From contig NC_087251.1 in the NCBI RefSeq assembly GCF_037042905.1, positions 6,202,001 to 6,266,000 on the forward strand: a stretch of 64,000 nt of DNA, read 5' to 3'. This DNA comes from Lytechinus pictus. Lineage: Eukaryota. Every line of letters begins with the position of its first letter. Position 1 is the stretch's first letter. The notes under the pieces are model-generated. The model saw nothing but the letters and a program-made list of their open reading frames with translations, searched no databases and was not told the origin of the DNA. This document shows positions 61,166 through 64,000 of the stretch, in pieces. The position numbers and the translations under genes are program-made.

Positions 61166-62928
61166 ATTTCTTCAGGTAAATGTCAGTTTGTACAGTTGAT
61201 TTACAATGCCATGTATTTCCTATTTATCTTTTGGACAGAAACCTGGAAACCACAACGAAGCAAATTATTGAAAAGACAATTCAAGAAATCATAGGCATTT
61301 ATACAAGAACAACATATAGACAATTTACAGCTCAAATCGGTATGAAAAAAGAGATAAAGGCGATTAGTGAAGTGGAGCTACTCCTGAATAAAATGGAAGA
61401 CCAACACATTAAAGAAAATAACAATCTCATGACCAAGAATCGTGATTTGGCCAAAAAATGCATAGTCTCAAACAAGAACTAAATGACGCCAACAAGAATT
61501 TGGCAAAGGCCAAAAATGACCTAGACTCTTCACAAGCCAGTTTCCAGGCCCTTTACAAAGATGTTAACGATGAAGAACTAGAAGGCCAAGAGGAATGTTG
61601 CAACAGACAAGATAACCAAAACTCTTTCAAACAATCCTTCCACCACTCTGTGAAGATGATAAAGTGAGTAATTGAACAATGTATAACACATGACGAACAG
61701 GATCCAACTCTTAGTGATACATTTTTGTTGTTCTTATAATGGGTTTTTCATTATTAATTTTTTTCTTGCTCTTTTGCTTAGGACATAAAAGTGCTCTTCA
61801 TTTCTTTCCAATATCTTTCTTTTTCCCCCTCTTTTCATTTACAGGAATTATTTAACTTCAACTGTGCCATTTTTTTTTTTTTTTGCTGGATGTACATTCC
61901 TATATTTAAGTGTAATTTTGTTGAAAATATTTCTGACTGTTCTTAAATTAATCCTTCCAAGTTCCATTCCTATCTAAATATGTAGATTTTACTTCTGTGG
62001 AAATTTTACCCAATAATCTATGACACATTCATCAGGGACCTATATCCATACTAGGGCCTATGCAAACATCCTTTTGTTCTAAAGATGAAAAACACCAAAA
62101 AATTGTTTTAAGTAGGACCTCAAAGAAATTTACATTATACATGTATTAGTGGAAAGCGTTGACACCACCAAGGTTAAAATCAAAACTTTATATCGTCAAC
62201 GCACCAGGACGACCATAATTACACATCAAAGAATTAGAATGTGATACCCCCTCCCCCCCAAAAAAAAAATTATATATATATATACAAGTAACAAATAAAC
62301 TTTTCCCAGATGTGTAATATAATCACAAAATAATATTAAAACTTGAAATACCTCAAACTCATCTCTACAAAATTTATATGCACTTACAGTGGCTTTACAT
62401 TTTGCTCTCAATTAGAATTATGTCATCATCGTGGAATAGCCCCTTTATAAACAATTTCAAATAAAATAAAAAACTTTAACATATATTTAGCTCATAAAAT
62501 AATATACATGCATTATTGAAGTCATCCTGTTCTGTTCACATGATAAAATTAAAATTGTTCACTTTTATGTTGTAATAAGCTTTCCAATATATTATAAAAT
62601 GTCAATTTCTTTGAAATTCAACTTTATAAACAATCTCGCGTATAACATGCATGATATCAAACTCTTTGGATTCCTGTATGATTTTTTTTTGTTCAATTTT
62701 GTTTATCTTTTATTCATATTCAAATATCTGTATTTACATCAGACATCTTACTGGTCGCTTAGAGATTCATGATTTTTTTAAAATAATTGCAAAAGTATGT
62801 GCCGTGCCATTCAGTAATTTCATTTGTATCTCTAGCCTTAACAAAGTCTCTACATAGCCTACATGACATTTATGGTCTTGCTTCTTAGTACCTGATGGTT
62901 TTTTCTGTGAATATTAAACATAATATTT

Positions 62929-63700
62929 CCAAAGTTTCAAGAGTTTTTGTACAAAACAAGTTTTACCTTTTTAAGACAATTTAGTCTAACATTCTGTTGT
63001 ACATAAATTACATGAAGATAGTTTTATGTCAAAGCAGATAAGAACATACTGAGTAAAAAGTGGTTTATCATTCAGTCCTTTATTTTGGCATCATAACATG
63101 CAAATATTCTGATCCAATCTGTACACTGTATCGTGACTTAAATTGACATTTTTATATTTTGTCTGACATAAATTTTGCAAAGTCTTTCTTTTGTTTTAAT
63201 GTTGATAGTTTATTGTAGATGTACACATGAATATGACAGAGTGAAATGGCTTATTGCTAAAAACAACTGTTAACCATTGCAATGTATCTACCAAAGTTAC
63301 AAGAGTTTTTGTACAAAACAAGTTTTACCTTTTTAAGAAAATTTAGTCTAACATTCTGTTGTACATGTACATATATTACATGTAGATAGTTTAATGTCAA
63401 AGCATAATAACATAACATGCCATCTCATATATTCTGATCCTACATGTATCTGTACCGGTATTTTGCCTTCAATTGACATGTTTTTATTTTGTTGACATAC
63501 ATGTACTTTACAAAACTCTGTTGTACATATGTAGATGTTTATAAAAATGTAGATATGAATAAAACAGAGTAAAAATGGTTTATCGCTTCAACAGCCAATA
63601 CCATGTATAGTATCTATAGCAGACATACAGGGCCATTTTTTATGCATTATGACATGCCATCTCAAATATTATGATCTTTTCATCTGTATACTGTTGTAGC
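62929..63700. repeat. Degenerate ~360-bp tandem duplication
   Basis: CCAAAGTT.CAAGAGTTTTTGTACAAAACAAGTTTTACC recurs at about 62929 and 63291. Confidence 0.65.
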
Positions 63701-64000
63701 ATATCTTGCCCTTTAATTAACATGATTATATTTTATACATTGTGTTTTACATTTATATTAGAAAAAGACATAATCTAACAAACACGTATCAATATTGTCA
63801 TTTATTTGAATGAAATGAAATATTTTATTCTAATCAGTGAAGATGCCCGTATAACTTTTAAAAGACAAAAGAATTCCACATACAGTGTACTTTTTAAGAT
63901 TTTTATCAATTATTTCAATGCATAACTATTTGACCCACCCAAAAAAAAGATATCTAAACCTTAAAAAAACAATTAAAAAGTCCATGGAACCCAGACAAAT

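Overview
AT-rich, intron-rich animal genomic DNA; the repeat content suggests a marine invertebrate, possibly an echinoderm (inference). Two convergent spliced host genes were reconstructed by hand. (1) A small + strand profilin-like gene has three phase-consistent exons at 7724-7821, 21952-22079 and 23380-23530; its start exon was not found. (2) A - strand ITPK1 (inositol-tetrakisphosphate 1-kinase) has nine exons between 53775 and 33939; its first coding exon probably lies beyond the window. The rest is densely nested mobile DNA: a Gypsy-derived ORF with a protease lacking its catalytic Asp, a frameshifted CR1 LINE, a 149-bp tandem array, Kolobok/EnSpm/hAT/Harbinger/Tc1/Sola-type non-autonomous elements, Helentron-type elements, SINEs and a Helitron helicase remnant. 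Most notable: (a) an intact HERO-type RT-RLE retrotransposon inside a 4.7-kb unit bounded by an 11-bp direct repeat and ending in a minimal hammerhead ribozyme motif; (b) a templated copy of an ITPK1 splice acceptor inside a MITE that creates a candidate poison exon; (c) a composite element of two identical 465-bp repeats carrying about 1 kb of cargo. All family assignments come from motif recognition by eye; no searches were run.
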